64,000 nucleotides of DNA from Chloroflexota bacterium. Lineage in GTDB: Bacteria; Chloroflexota; Anaerolineae; Anaerolineales; UBA11858. Position numbers and translations under genes: made by a program. Below, in pieces: positions 32,679 to 44,400 of this stretch (its first letter is position 1; each line of letters begins with the position of its first letter). The notes beneath the pieces were generated by a model, which was given only the letters and a program-made list of their open reading frames with translations, was not told the origin of the DNA and searched no databases. The DNA lies in contig VGOC01000001.1 of NCBI GenBank assembly GCA_016865865.1, positions 513 to 64,512 on the forward strand. The letters run 5' to 3'.

Positions 32679-34481
32679 ATGGCTCTCGAACACATTCGCA
32701 ACTTCAGCATCATCGCCCATATTGACCACGGCAAATCCACGCTGGCGGATCGGTTATTGCAGGCGACTGGTACGATCTCCGAGCGTGATATGACCGCGCA
32801 GGTTTTGGATTCGATGGATCTGGAGCGCGAGAAGGGAGTCACCATCAAGGCTTCGGCGGTGCGTATGAATTATACGGCGCGAGATGGCCAGACCTACGAG
32901 CTGAACCTGATTGACACGCCGGGGCACGTTGATTTTGGGTACGAAGTCAGTCGGGCGATGTACGCCTGCGAGGGGGCTTTACTGGTCGTTGATGCGGCGC
33001 AAGGCATCGAAGCCCAAACTCTGGCTAACCTGTATATGGCCCTGGAAGCTGATTTGGAGATCATCCCGCTGATCAATAAGATTGACCTGCCGGCGGCGCG
33101 ACCGGATGAAGTCGCCGAGGAGATCAGGGACCTCTTGGGGACGCCGATCGAAGAGATCGTTCGGATTTCCGCCAAATCGGGCAGCAATATCCAGGAGGTG
33201 TTGGATTCCATTATCGAGCGGGTGCCACCCCCGAAGGGAGTCCCCGAAGCTCCCCTGCGGGCGTTGATCTTCGATTCGCATTACGACGCCTATAAAGGCG
33301 TCATTGCTTACGTGCGCGTCTTCGAGGGCCAAATCCGCAAGACGGATTCGCTGCGGATGATGGCCACCCGCAAGAATACAACCCCTGTCGAGATCGGCAT
33401 CTTTTCACCGCAGATGCGCGCGACCGATCAGCTATCCACAGGCGAGGTTGGTTACATTGCTACGGGATTGAAAAGCGTCCACGAGTGCCGCGTGGGGGAT
33501 ACGATCACCCTGACCGACTGCCTGGCTGAAACCCCGCTGCCCGGTTATCGAAAAGCCAAGCCGATGGTTTTCGCCGGCGTTTTCCCCGTGGAGGGCGAGG
33601 ATTACGAGGATTTGAAAGACGCCCTGGCCAAGCTTCAACTCAACGACGCCTCCCTGGTTTACGAGCCTGAAATTTCGCAGGCTTTGAATTTCGGCTTCCG
33701 CTGCGGTTTCCTGGGACTGTTCCACATGGAGATCATCCAGGAACGCCTCGAGCGCGAGTACGATCTCGATATCATCGTCACTGCCCCATCGGTCGAATAC
33801 GAAGTGCTTCTGCGCAATGGGGAGACAATACGGATCGATTCGCCAGCCGAGCTGCCCGATGAGGGTGAGATTGAGCAGGTGCGCGAGCCGTGGATGAAAA
33901 TCCAGATTTTTACGCCGACGGATTACTATGGCGTAGTGATGGAACTGGTTACCGGGAGGCGTGGCATCTTCATTGACCAAGAATACCCCACTCCCCACCG
34001 GGTGCAGCTCAATTTCGAGATCCCGCTCTCCGAGCTGATCGTTGATTTCTTCGATTATCTCAAATCGGGCACGCGCGGCTACGCCTCGCTAGATTATCAA
34101 TTTGCCGATTATCGCGCCGACGATCTGGTCAAGCTCGAAATCCTGGTCAATCAGGAGCCGTTGGATGCCCTGGCGGTGATCGTCCATCGCGATGACGCCT
34201 ACCGCAAAGGGCAGGCGCTGGTATCGAGGCTCAAGGATTTGATCCCGCGCCAGTTGTTCGCTGTGCCTATCCAGGCTTCGGCTGGGGGGCGGGTGATCTC
34301 GCGCGCCAATATCAAAGCCCTTCGCAAAGATGTGCTGGCGAAATGCTACGGCGGCGACGTCACCCGAAAGCGTAAATTGCTCGAGAAACAAAAGAAAGGG
34401 AAAAAACGCATGAAGAGTGTGGGGAATGTAGATATCCCTCAAGAAGCATTCCTGGCGGTGTTGCGGTTGCGAGATGACTGA
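32679..34481 (+). CDS. lepA: Elongation factor 4 (LepA)
   Basis: '[22 protein letters not shown]', 'DTPGHVDF', 'NKIDL', and the LepA-specific C-terminal '[21 protein letters not shown]'. Confidence 0.97.
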   Translation: MALEHIRNFSIIAHIDHGKSTLADRLLQATGTISERDMTAQVLDSMDLEREKGVTIKASAVRMNYTARDGQTYELNLIDTPGHVDFGYEVSRAMYACEGALLVVDAAQGIEAQTLANLYMALEADLEIIPLINKIDLPAARPDEVAEEIRDLLGTPIEEIVRISAKSGSNIQEVLDSIIERVPPPKGVPEAPLRALIFDSHYDAYKGVIAYVRVFEGQIRKTDSLRMMATRKNTTPVEIGIFSPQMRATDQLSTGEVGYIATGLKSVHECRVGDTITLTDCLAETPLPGYRKAKPMVFAGVFPVEGEDYEDLKDALAKLQLNDASLVYEPEISQALNFGFRCGFLGLFHMEIIQERLEREYDLDIIVTAPSVEYEVLLRNGETIRIDSPAELPDEGEIEQVREPWMKIQIFTPTDYYGVVMELVTGRRGIFIDQEYPTPHRVQLNFEIPLSELIVDFFDYLKSGTRGYASLDYQFADYRADDLVKLEILVNQEPLDALAVIVHRDDAYRKGQALVSRLKDLIPRQLFAVPIQASAGGRVISRANIKALRKDVLAKCYGGDVTRKRKLLEKQKKGKKRMKSVGNVDIPQEAFLAVLRLRDD

Positions 34482-35487
34482 ACATAACACGGAGAATAAA
34501 ACCCGATCCACCCTCCGGCAGATGATTCCGGGGGTTCTGATCAGCTTGCTGGTGCTGATTCTGTTGTTCCGATTTTTCGATTGGCATGAAGTGATCGAAG
34601 CGCTGCGACAGGCGGAATGGATTTACCTGCTGCTGGTTTTGCCGCTGTATTTCCTCTCCTATGTGCTGCGCGCCTTTGCCTGGTGGACGATGCTCGAGCA
34701 AGCCGCGCCTTTTTGGCGCGTCTTTTTGACCATGCACACCGGTTATCTGTTGAATAATATCTTGCCATTTCGATTAGGCGAATTGGGGCGCGCCTATTTG
34801 TTGGGGAGGGACGGGCTTGGATTTTGGCGCGTCTTTTCTTCGATATTGATCGAACGCGCCTTCGACATGATCATCGCGGTGAGCTTGCTCTTGGGGGCGT
34901 TACCCTTTGTCTTTATTTCATCGAATACGCAGCATGTAGCCCTCACGGTTGGCGGGGTGGTGATGCTGGGTTTGCTGACTCTCTATCTGCTGGCGCGTAA
35001 CCGGGAATGGGCGCTGGCTCAATTCGGACGGTTGGGGGCGCGCTGGCCGATGGTGCTGCGACTGGGGAAAAACCGCCTGGACGCCTTTCTCCAGGGGTTG
35101 GGCGCTTTGACTTCCCTGGGGCGTTTCCTTCGAGTTTTGGTCTCGTTGGTCGCCAGTTGGGCAATAGCCATTTCGATTCAGTTTCTGGTATTACGCGCCT
35201 TCTATCCTGAAGCGCGCATGTTGTATGCTGTGACTGTACAAGGCGTTTCCGCCCTGGGTGTGGCCGTGCCTTCATCTCCTGGCTATATCGGTGTTTTCGA
35301 AGCTGCTGTTGTGGGCGCTTTGGCGTTGTTCGATATCCCTACCTCCACTGCTTTTGCTTATGCGCTGACATTGCATCTCATGTATATTCTCATGACTGGC
35401 AGCTTTGGAGGCTACAGCCTGGCAATCAGCAGGATCAGCCTGGGGGAAATATTCCAAAACGTAAAGCGTATCAGCGTTCAACGGTGA
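34474..35487 (+). CDS. Flippase-like polytopic membrane protein (UPF0104 / LPG-synthase TM-domain family)
   Basis: Eight or so hydrophobic segments. '[16 protein letters not shown]' and '[13 protein letters not shown]' resemble the UPF0104 family. Confidence 0.65.
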   Translation: MTEHNTENKTRSTLRQMIPGVLISLLVLILLFRFFDWHEVIEALRQAEWIYLLLVLPLYFLSYVLRAFAWWTMLEQAAPFWRVFLTMHTGYLLNNILPFRLGELGRAYLLGRDGLGFWRVFSSILIERAFDMIIAVSLLLGALPFVFISSNTQHVALTVGGVVMLGLLTLYLLARNREWALAQFGRLGARWPMVLRLGKNRLDAFLQGLGALTSLGRFLRVLVSLVASWAIAISIQFLVLRAFYPEARMLYAVTVQGVSALGVAVPSSPGYIGVFEAAVVGALALFDIPTSTAFAYALTLHLMYILMTGSFGGYSLAISRISLGEIFQNVKRISVQR

Positions 35488-35503
35488 ATTGTTGGAGAGA
35501 CCG

Positions 35504-36538
35504 ATGTCGAAACATTACCTGGTCACGGGGGGCGCGGGGTTCATTGGCTCGAATTATGTCCACAGGCTGTTGAGCCGCGGTGAACGCGTGACGATCTTCG
35601 ACAACTTATCCCGCGCAGGGGCTGCGCATAACCTGGAGTGGCTGCGCGCTGCCCACGGGAAAGACTCTTTCTCGTTGATGGCGGCAGATATCGAAGATTT
35701 CTCTGCTCTCGAAGAGGCCAGCCATGACGCTGATATGATCGTGCACCTGGCGGGTCAGGTGGCGGTGACCACCTCGGTCGTTGATCCCCGCGCCGATTTC
35801 GAAGATAACGCTCTGGGGACTTTCAACGTTCTCGAAGCTGCCCGCCTCTCGGGTCGAAAACCGATCGTGTTATACGCTTCTACGAATAAAGTGTATGGCG
35901 GGATGGAGGGAATCCGTATTGTGGAAGAGAGCGCCCGTTACCAATATGCACATCTCCCCTTTGGTATTCCCGAAACTCAACCGTTGGATTTCTTCTCTCC
36001 GTACGGCTGTTCGAAGGGCGCCGGGGATCAATATGTGCGCGATTATCACCGCATTTACGATCTCCCCACCGTTGTCTTCCGTCAGGGTTGTATCTATGGC
36101 CCACGGCAGTTCGGCGTCGAAGATCAGGGCTGGCTGGCCTGGTTTACGATTGCTGCTCTGTTGGGCAAGCCGATCACCATCTATGGGAATGGGAAGCAGG
36201 TAAGGGACGTGCTGTTCATAGATGATCTCTTGGATGTGTATGATCTGGCGGTCGAACGAATAGATGTGGCCGGGGGGCAGGTATATAACATTGGCGGTGG
36301 GCCAGAAAATACCCTCTCGATCTGGCAGGAATTCGGGCCGCTGCTCGAGCAACTGCTGGGGCGAAAAATCCCTGTGGCGCGCGGCGATTGGCGCCCCGGA
36401 GACCAGCAAATCTATATCTCAGACATTCGCAAAGTCAGGCGAGAGTTAGGCTGGCAGCCAAAGATCAGCGTCGAAGACGGCATCCGCCGGCTGTTCGAGT
36501 GGGTTGAAGCCAACAACGGCCTCTTCCCCTTCTCCTAA
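35504..36538 (+). CDS. NAD-dependent sugar epimerase/dehydratase (SDR family)
   Basis: 'YLVTGGAGFIGSNYVHRLL', catalytic 'YGCSKGAGDQY', 'STNKVYG'. Confidence 0.85.
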   Translation: MSKHYLVTGGAGFIGSNYVHRLLSRGERVTIFDNLSRAGAAHNLEWLRAAHGKDSFSLMAADIEDFSALEEASHDADMIVHLAGQVAVTTSVVDPRADFEDNALGTFNVLEAARLSGRKPIVLYASTNKVYGGMEGIRIVEESARYQYAHLPFGIPETQPLDFFSPYGCSKGAGDQYVRDYHRIYDLPTVVFRQGCIYGPRQFGVEDQGWLAWFTIAALLGKPITIYGNGKQVRDVLFIDDLLDVYDLAVERIDVAGGQVYNIGGGPENTLSIWQEFGPLLEQLLGRKIPVARGDWRPGDQQIYISDIRKVRRELGWQPKISVEDGIRRLFEWVEANNGLFPFS

Positions 36539-36612
36539 CTCCCAACCCCCCTAACACCTAACTCGCAACCCGCAACTTGAAACGTGATACTTGAAACGTG
36601 AACCGTAATTCC

Positions 36613-37776
36613 ATGCGCATCCTCACCGTCCTCACCTACTACCGCCCTCACACCAGCGGATTGACTATCTATGTCGAGCGTCTGGCGCGGACTCTGGCGA
36701 AGCGCGGGCATCAGGTCACTGTGCTGACATCGCGATATGATAGCAGCCTGCCGCGCCAGGAAATAGTGGATGGTGTACGGGTAGTGCGCGCCCCGGTGTT
36801 GATGCGGATCAGCAAAGGCGTGATCATGCCGACTTTCGGCTATCTGGCCTGGAAGCTGGCTTTGGAGAACGATGTCATCCATTTGCACCTGCCGCAATTC
36901 GACGCCGCCGGGGTTGCCCTGCGCGGGCGTTTATTGCGCAAACCGACGCTGATCACCTACCATTGTGATCTCGAATTGCCCGCGGGGATTTTCAATCGCT
37001 TCGTCAATCAAATCGTCCATGGGATGAATCATCTGGCCGGGGTTTTCACGCACAAGATCGTCGCATACACAGAGGATTTCGCCTCTCATTCGCCTTATCT
37101 GAGGCGATTCGCCGATAAAGTGCGCGTGATTCTCCCGCCTGTCGAACTGCCCAAAGTCAGCCAATCCGAGAGCGATGCTTTTGGCGCACGGTGTAATCCC
37201 GAAGGTCGCCGCCCTGTGATCGGCATGGCGACCCGCTTCGCCTCGGAGAAGGGCGTTGAAATCCTGCTGGATGCCTTGTCCAATGTGTTGGAACATTATC
37301 CCAATGCGATGGTGCTGTATGCCGGGCAGTATCAGGACGTAATTGGAGAGGAGGTCTATCTGGGACGCCTGCTTCCCAGGATCGAACAGTATCAGACCAG
37401 GGGCCATTGGCAATTCCTTGGGGTGTTGAATCCTGCTCAAATGTCGGCTTTTTACCCCCATCTGGATGTGCTGGTGGTGCCCAGCCTCAATTCCACAGAA
37501 ACCTTCGGGTTAGTCCAGATCGAGGCGATGATGCACGGAATCCCCACGGTGGCCTCGGATCTGCCAGGTGTGCGCCAACCCTCGCGCATGACCGGCATGG
37601 GCGAGGTGGTTCCCATAGGCGATGCCGACGCCCTGGCTGAGGCGTTGTCGAAGATTTTCGCTGATCCTGACCAATATCAAGGTGATCTTGAGGAGATCAA
37701 TAGGACCTTTAACCCTCAGACCAATGCAGAAAAGTATGAAAAACTATATTTAGAGCTAATGGAGGAATTATCGTAG
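36613..37776 (+). CDS. Glycosyltransferase family 4 (GT-B)
   Basis: 'MRILTVLTYYRPHTSGLTIYVERLAR.LA.RGHQVTVLT', and C-terminal 'ETFGLVQIEAMMHGIPTVASDLPGV'. Confidence 0.85.
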   Translation: MRILTVLTYYRPHTSGLTIYVERLARTLAKRGHQVTVLTSRYDSSLPRQEIVDGVRVVRAPVLMRISKGVIMPTFGYLAWKLALENDVIHLHLPQFDAAGVALRGRLLRKPTLITYHCDLELPAGIFNRFVNQIVHGMNHLAGVFTHKIVAYTEDFASHSPYLRRFADKVRVILPPVELPKVSQSESDAFGARCNPEGRRPVIGMATRFASEKGVEILLDALSNVLEHYPNAMVLYAGQYQDVIGEEVYLGRLLPRIEQYQTRGHWQFLGVLNPAQMSAFYPHLDVLVVPSLNSTETFGLVQIEAMMHGIPTVASDLPGVRQPSRMTGMGEVVPIGDADALAEALSKIFADPDQYQGDLEEINRTFNPQTNAEKYEKLYLELMEELS

Positions 37777-37807
37777 GACAGGTCGCTGTGCGTGCCGAAG
37801 GCATAGC

Positions 37808-38206
37808 CTATGGAACAACTTCGAAGCCTTGCTCGGCGAAGTGTGGGTCGAAGGTGAAAGCGGTCCGAAGCCCAAGGCGGCGCATAGTGGCGAAGCTGGC
37901 GCAATCAACAAGACTAAGTTGTCTGCGGTTGGCAGTGATAAAAGAATCCACGATTTCCTGGTGTTGCCGAGTATTGATCCACTCTTTATGAAGCCAGGGC
38001 ATGATTTTTTCTTGTAAATCGCGAATGGCGCTCATTCCCAAACGGTTCTGAACCAGTGCGTAGGCTTCGACGAGTAAATAGTTGTTCGTATAGAGCAGGA
38101 CGCTCTTCTGAATTAAATCATGCCAGGCTTGTTTGGCGATAAGATGTGAACCATCCTGCAAAGATAGCATGGCGAGTACGGCTGACGTATCAATCAAGAT
38201 CATCAT
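37808..38206 (-). CDS. vapC: PIN-domain toxin (VapC-like)
   Basis: 'MILIDTSAVLAML' with the conserved Asp, and later 'SLVDCASFATM'. A 17-nt overlap with the upstream small ORF. Confidence 0.78.
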   Translation of the reverse strand: MMILIDTSAVLAMLSLQDGSHLIAKQAWHDLIQKSVLLYTNNYLLVEAYALVQNRLGMSAIRDLQEKIMPWLHKEWINTRQHQEIVDSFITANRRQLSLVDCASFATMRRLGLRTAFTFDPHFAEQGFEVVP

Positions 38207-38453
38207 CGCCGCCTATTTCTGCATAAATTTCTGCCAGGTAAATGTCGTGGTTGATAGAGACATCTGTCGCGCCTTCAATGTCATGGTATTCGCCAATCGC
38301 CATCGCCCGTCGTTTTAGTTCTTCCCGGCTGGGCTGTATCTGCCGCTCGACAAGCAAATCCACCCCTTGCCGCACCAACTCCGCCATGGAGACGCTATAC
38401 TCGGCAGCCTTCTGCAGGTCCCCAATACCCAATACCCAATACCCAAAATCCAA
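38190..38453 (-). CDS. Putative antitoxin (helix part of an RHH-like fold), N-terminus probably truncated or repeat-derived
   Basis: 'SVSMAELVRQGVDLLV' resembles RHH helix 1-2 and the tail is acidic. The first ~12 codons come from the (CCCAATA)n repeat. Alternative ATG at 38387. Confidence 0.45.
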   Translation of the reverse strand: MDFGYWVLGIGDLQKAAEYSVSMAELVRQGVDLLVERQIQPSREELKRRAMAIGEYHDIEGATDVSINHDIYLAEIYAEIGGDDDLD

Positions 38454-39231
38454 GGACTACCTTTGGCTTCACTTACGCGACTTGCCATACTTCCGCGCCC
38501 TGCTGCGAGCTGTCGAAGCGCGTTTCTATGTGGATATTGCCCTGCCGGCCCCGACCCTGGATGTAGGCTGCGGCGATGGGCATTTTGCCGCGATCGCCTT
38601 CGAGCGTCCGTTGGAGGTGGGAATTGATCCCTGGCGGGGGCCTTTGCGTGAGGCGGGCAGGCGAGGGGCTTATCTCGGCCTGGCGCAGTCCGATGGCGCG
38701 GCGCTGCCCTTCCCGGATGGTCACTTCGCCAGCGCGGTGAGCAACTCGGTCCTGGAACATATTCCCCATCTCGATGATGCGCTGATCGAGATCGCTCGGG
38801 TGCTCGAACCAGGCGCGCCGTTCGTTTTTTGCGTGCCCAACGATAATTTTTTGCCGTCCCTTTCGATAGGCCGCTGGCTTGATCGCGCGGGCTTGCGCCG
38901 CATGGGGGACGCCTACCGCTCCTTCTTCGATCGTATCTCCCGGCATTATCATTGCGATCCGCTCGACATTTGGGAAGCGCGGCTCGATGGGGCGGGCTTT
39001 CATATCGAGCGTTGGCGGCATTATTTCTCCCCCGGAGCTTTGCGCATCCTGGAATGGGGGCATTATTTTGGCCTGCCGTCATGGATCAGTCATCTACTTA
39101 CCGGGCGATGGATTCTCTCTCCGACGAGATGGAATCTCGCTCTCACGCGGCGTTTGGTGCAACGATATTACGATGATCCGATCGCTGCCGAAGATGGCGC
39201 CTATACATTCTACATAGCCAGACGGGAGTGA
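38386..39231 (+). CDS. Class I SAM-dependent methyltransferase
   Basis: 'LDVGCGDGHF' motif I, 'SNSVLEHIPHLDDAL', 'LEPGAPFVFCVPN'. The start is uncertain (ATG 38386; the N-terminus crosses the heptamer repeat). Confidence 0.72.
   Translation: METLYSAAFCRSPIPNTQYPKSKDYLWLHLRDLPYFRALLRAVEARFYVDIALPAPTLDVGCGDGHFAAIAFERPLEVGIDPWRGPLREAGRRGAYLGLAQSDGAALPFPDGHFASAVSNSVLEHIPHLDDALIEIARVLEPGAPFVFCVPNDNFLPSLSIGRWLDRAGLRRMGDAYRSFFDRISRHYHCDPLDIWEARLDGAGFHIERWRHYFSPGALRILEWGHYFGLPSWISHLLTGRWILSPTRWNLALTRRLVQRYYDDPIAAEDGAYTFYIARRE
38421..38448. repeat. Heptanucleotide tandem repeat (CCCAATA)x3 + CCCAAAA
   Basis: cccaata cccaata cccaata cccaaaa, at the junction of the divergent antitoxin-like and methyltransferase ORFs. 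Confidence 0.9.
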
Positions 39232-39290
39232 GGCAGGAAGCTCCAGCCGTTTGCCGCCTCTGATAAGATCGAGTATCATTGTCCCCTGAT

Positions 39291-41471
39291 ATGAAAGAAC
39301 CAACTGTCTTGGATTACGTGAGGTCGAAGATATTTTTCTGGCGGGGCGAGAGGGTCGAAATCCCCTTGCCTGGCGATGAAGTCGAGGGAGACGATCTTCG
39401 CGAACTCGTCCAGGGACTCCCCCTCGATGAAGTTGGATCGCTTTCTACCCCTGAGGCCTCTGAACCTGGCACACGCGGCGCGTTCGATTGGGTCCGTTGG
39501 GTGGGTTGGAAGGCGCTGCTGCCCCTGGGGTTGGCTCTGTTTGCTCAACGCGCCCTGGAACCCCCGCATCGTAGCCTGAGTGCCGGGATCGTTTTCTATC
39601 TCCTTGCCCTGGGGGTTCTCGTGTGGGCCCAATGGCGTGGACATCTGGCGCTGCCCCATATGGCCGGAATGGATTATCGAAGCGACTCGCTCCCGATACG
39701 CTTGCTTCCGATGGGGGGGAGCATCGTTTTTGGCTTGTTGGCGTTCCTCGCTTTTGAGGGGAATCGGTTCACGCAGATGAATCTCGTTCTATGGGTGATC
39801 TCTCTGGCATTATTCATTTACGCGTGTTGGATGCCCGGCCGCGAGGCAAATCCCTGGCGGGAGAGAGTGCGTATAGCCTTAATCTACTTCAGAGATCATG
39901 GCGTTCACTTCTCCCCCTGGACATTATTCGTCATCAGCGTGTTCGCGCTTTCGGCCTTCTTCCGACTCTATCGCCTGGACAGCGTCCCCCCGGAGATGTT
40001 CAGCGACCACGCCGAGAAACTACTCGATGTGGCAGATGTGCTCGATGGCGAGTACAGCATCTTCTTCACCCGCAATACCGGGCGCGAAGCCTTCCAGATG
40101 TACTTGACGGCGGCGATGGGGAAGCTCTTCGGAACCGGTCTGTCGTTTCTCAGCTTGAAGCTCGGCACCGCCCTGGCTGGTTTGTTCACCCTACCCTTCA
40201 TTTACCTGCTGGGCAAAGAGATCGTCAACCGGAGAGTGGGTTTGCTGGCGATGGCCTTTGCGGGGATCGCCTACTGGCCCAATGTGATCTCCCGAGTAGC
40301 CTTACGTTTTACGCTTTATCCCTTCTTCGCCGCGCCGACGCTGTATTTTCTGATACGCGGTTTACGCCGGGGAAGCCGAAATGATTTCATTTTGTCGGGC
40401 ATATTCTTGGGGCTGGGCTTGCATGGCTACAGCCCCTTCCGCTTTATGCCCATTGTGGTTTTGGTTACCGTGGGGTTGTTTCTGCTGCACCACCGTTTGA
40501 AAGCGATCAGCCGGCAAACTCTTTGGGGATTGATTGTTTTGATCTTGGCCTCTCTGTTGGTTTTCCTTCCCCTGCTGCGTTTCGCGCTGTCGAACATGGA
40601 CTCTTTCTCCTATCGCATGCTGACGCGCATGACGGATGTCGAGCAGCCTCTCTCCGATCCAGCCTGGCAGGTTTTCTTGGAAAACTTATGGGGGGCGATG
40701 ACCATGTTCTTCTGGGATGACGGCGAAATCTGGGTGCATTCCGTGACCCACCGCCCGGCGCTGAGCGTGGTCTCGGCGGCGCTGTTTTTCCTTGGGGGGG
40801 GAATGCTGACGGTGCGCTATCTGCGGCGGCGGGATTGGTTGGATGCCTTTTTGTTGGTCTCGATCCCGCTGTTGATGATGACTTCGGTCTTGTCGCTGGC
40901 CTTTCCGGGGGAGAACCCCTCTCTCAATCGGACAGGGGGAGCCTTGATCCCGGTTTTCCTGATCGTGGGGATAGCGCTCGATGGACTGCTGACCACCCTC
41001 GAGGGGAGTCTGAACCGCCCTCTCTGGGGACAGCGATTGGCCGGGGGCGTTGGCGTGCTCCTTTTGGCGTGGTCCTGCGCCCAGGATTATGATCTTGTCT
41101 TCAGGCAATATACGAACTATTTTGCCCTGGCCTCCTGGAATACCTCCGAGTTGGGCGCGGTCATCCGCCAGTTTGCCGACACGATTGGGGAGGAAGACAC
41201 CGCCTGGGTGGTGCCCTATCCCCATTGGGTGGACACGCGCCTGGTGGGCATCCGGGCTGGGGTTCCACTGAGGGATTACGCCCTCTGGCCAGATCAACTC
41301 TCCCAAACCCTGGATGACCCGCGAGCAAAGCTGTTCCTCTTCAAGCCCGAAGACGTCACAGCGATGGAAACCTTGCGCGAGCTGTACCCGACTGGCGTGC
41401 TGCAATTGTACGACTCGGAAATCGAAGGCAAGGATTTCTATGTCTATTTCGTGCCCCCCGCTCAACGTTGA
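39291..41471 (+). CDS. GT-C fold glycosyltransferase, family 39 / ArnT-like
   Basis: Polytopic N-terminal half. 'FFRLYRLDSVPPEMFSDHAEKLLDVADVLDGEYSIFFTRNTGREAF' resembles PMT_2/ArnT loop 1. Soluble C-terminal domain. Confidence 0.7.
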   Translation: MKEPTVLDYVRSKIFFWRGERVEIPLPGDEVEGDDLRELVQGLPLDEVGSLSTPEASEPGTRGAFDWVRWVGWKALLPLGLALFAQRALEPPHRSLSAGIVFYLLALGVLVWAQWRGHLALPHMAGMDYRSDSLPIRLLPMGGSIVFGLLAFLAFEGNRFTQMNLVLWVISLALFIYACWMPGREANPWRERVRIALIYFRDHGVHFSPWTLFVISVFALSAFFRLYRLDSVPPEMFSDHAEKLLDVADVLDGEYSIFFTRNTGREAFQMYLTAAMGKLFGTGLSFLSLKLGTALAGLFTLPFIYLLGKEIVNRRVGLLAMAFAGIAYWPNVISRVALRFTLYPFFAAPTLYFLIRGLRRGSRNDFILSGIFLGLGLHGYSPFRFMPIVVLVTVGLFLLHHRLKAISRQTLWGLIVLILASLLVFLPLLRFALSNMDSFSYRMLTRMTDVEQPLSDPAWQVFLENLWGAMTMFFWDDGEIWVHSVTHRPALSVVSAALFFLGGGMLTVRYLRRRDWLDAFLLVSIPLLMMTSVLSLAFPGENPSLNRTGGALIPVFLIVGIALDGLLTTLEGSLNRPLWGQRLAGGVGVLLLAWSCAQDYDLVFRQYTNYFALASWNTSELGAVIRQFADTIGEEDTAWVVPYPHWVDTRLVGIRAGVPLRDYALWPDQLSQTLDDPRAKLFLFKPEDVTAMETLRELYPTGVLQLYDSEIEGKDFYVYFVPPAQR

Positions 41472-41499
41472 ACGTTCGAGACATATTGCTTAAATTACT

Positions 41500-44400
41500 A
41501 TGAAATATTTACTTCATATACGCAATTTTTTTTGGAGGTGGACGAGCGCGGACGCTTTGCGCGCCTTCGACGAACGAGGAGATCGAAAAAGAATCCGCGT
41601 TCATCCGCGTTCATCCACATCCTATCATATTTTGATCGTGTTCATACTGGCAGTGGGCGTCTACCTGCGCCTGGTGGGGTTGGATTGGGACGAGGAACAG
41701 CATCTGCATCCTGATGAACGTTTTCTCACCATGGTGGAAGCCAGCATTTCTCCGGTGGAGAGCCTGGGCGATTATTTCGACACCGCCGAATCGAGCCTCA
41801 ACCCGCACAACCGCGGCCATGGCTTTTTTGTCTATGGTACGTTACCGATCTTCATTGTCCGTTATGTAGCTGAGTGGCTGGGGGAACCGGGGTACGGTCA
41901 GGTTTATCTTGTGGGCAGGGTCTTGTCGGCCTTGATGGATCTGGCTGTTGTCTGGCTGGTGTATCTGACTGCCAGCCGTCTCTATGATCGTCGGGTAGGG
42001 GTTCTAGGCGCGGCCTTCTATTCTTTCGCCGTCCTGCCTATCCAGCAATCTCATTTCTTCACCGTTGATACGTTCATCAATTTCTTCACATTTCTGGCAG
42101 TCTACTTTGCGATTGAAGTGATGACCGCGGACCGCAGACCGCAGACCACAGACAGCAATCTGCAACCCGCCGTCGGCGGTCGGCTGTCCGCGGTCGTGTC
42201 ACACCCCATCTTCTGGCCGTGCATCCTCTTCGGCCTCGCCCTCGGCATGGCCGTGGCTTCCAAGGTCAATGCTGCGCCGGTGGCGGTGGTGCTGCCTGGG
42301 GCGGTAGTACTCTATTTACTGCGCCTCTCGCCTGCGGAGCGCGAGCGGGAATTGCCTCAGATGATCTTATATGTGGTGATGGCGGGAGTGGTCAGCATTC
42401 TGGCCTTCCGGGTCATGCAGCCGTACGCCTTCTCAGGGCCGGGATTCTTTGGATTGAAACCCAATCCGTTGTGGATCGAGAATATGAATTCTCTGCGCGC
42501 CCAGGCCGGCGGCGATGTGGATTTCCCGCCCGCGCTGCAATGGGCGCGCCGTCCGATCTGGTTTTCGCTGCAGAACCTGGTTTTGTGGGGGATGGGACTG
42601 CCCTTAGGGTTTCTCGCCTGGGCTGGTTTTCTGTGGATGGGCTGGCGCAGTATCAAGGGGGAGTGGCAAAAGCACATCCTGCTGTGGGGCTGGACGGCGC
42701 TCTACTTCGTCTGGCAATCCTTGCAGTGGAACAGCACCATGCGCTACCAACTGCCGATCTATCCGACATTGGCGATCTTCGCGGCCTGGTTTGTGATTGC
42801 GTTGGCGCGTTCGAACGTCGAAAAGTTGAAACGTTATGACGTGAAACGTGTGTTTGCATTTATTTTGGGGGGCGCTGTCCTTATTGCCACGTTCTTGTGG
42901 GCTTTCGCTTTCACCCGGATTTACACGCAACCCCACCCTCGCGTGGCAGCCAGCCGCTGGATGTTCCAGAATTTCCGCGGGCCGGTCACGCTGCATATCG
43001 AAACGGATGGCAGCGATTATGCCCAGCCGTTGCCCTTTGCCCAGGATTTGCGTATCAGCAGCGGCGCGCCGTATGAGACGCAGTTTATCGCCCACAAGAC
43101 GGGCATGCTGAATGAAATTTCGTTGCCGCATGTGGCCGATGTCGGCGCGGCGGGGAATTTGATCGTCAGTCTGGCTGCGGTGCAATCCTCTGGCCCGCCG
43201 CTGGCTGTCACCACAATCCCGGCGGCAGAATTGCCCTTCTCCTTCTCCAACAGTAGCGATATCGAGATCGATTTTGGGCTTGATGTTTTAGTGGACCCCG
43301 GGAGTATGTATCTCCTGACTTTCGAAGTGTTGGGCGGCCTGGGTGATGTGGATTTGTGCGGCGCGCTGCAATTGGAGATTCAGGCCGTTGACCAGGTGAT
43401 TCCTCAAGAAGTGGAAAATCACCCTGATTGTGTGGCGCGTCCTGATTTGCCCTATATGGTGAGTTTTATCCCCCAGGGGGCAGGGACTCTCTCTGGGGTT
43501 ATGGCGCGTCAACTTAGAGCGAGTCCGGCAGGCGGCGCCGGGGAGAAAATCCTCACGGCGAGTCTCTCCCTCACCCCGGATGGTGAGCCGGTCGCTTTCG
43601 CACAGTTGACTTCCAGCTTTATCCCCCAGTCCGATTATCGCGGCGAAAGTTATACTTTGGAGCTTGGCCAGCCGGTGGAGTTGATTCAAGGGGACGCCTA
43701 TTATCTGGATTTCGAGCTGCAAGGTGGTGGTGAACTTTCCTTATCTGGCGTGGCGATTGCCAACGAGAGCACCTGGGATGATGGCCTGCCCTTGCGCATG
43801 GACGGCTATGATCCCTTTGGCGGAATCTACCAGGGCGGCCTCAATTTCGAGATGTATTGGGATGATAACGAAGAAAAGCTGCAACGCTTCACCAGCACCC
43901 TGGCCCAAGCCGATTATTTGCTGATTACCTCCAACCGCCAGTGGGGCACCACTACCCGCGTCCCTGAGCGATATCCCTTGACCTCGGAGTATTACCGGCG
44001 ACTGTTAGGCTGCCCTACCGAGCGCAGCATCGAGTGGTGTTACGCCGTTGCAGAACCGGGATCCTTCGAAGGCCATTTGGGTTTCGATCTGGTGCAGGTT
44101 TTCCAATCCAAGCCCTCGCTGGGCGCATTCAGCATCAACGACCAGTTTGCCGAGGAAGCCTTCACGGTCTATGACCACCCCAAGGTGTTCGTATTCCAGA
44201 AGTCGGCTGATTTCGACCCTGCCTGGGTGGAGGAAATCCTCGGGGCAGTGGACCTCTCGAAAGTTGTCCGGGTCACCCCTCGCAAAGCGGATTCCTTCCC
44301 CGGGGACCTGATGCTTCCTCCAGACCGATTAGCCGAGCAGCGCGCCGGGGGCGCCTGGTCGGACTTTTTCGATCCTGATGCGCTGCATAACCGTTTTCAG

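Noticed and set aside
38315-39082. 255-aa and 196-aa minus-strand ORFs.
   Set aside because: Antisense shadows of the SAM methyltransferase gene. They have Arg/Pro/Ala-biased composition and no motifs.
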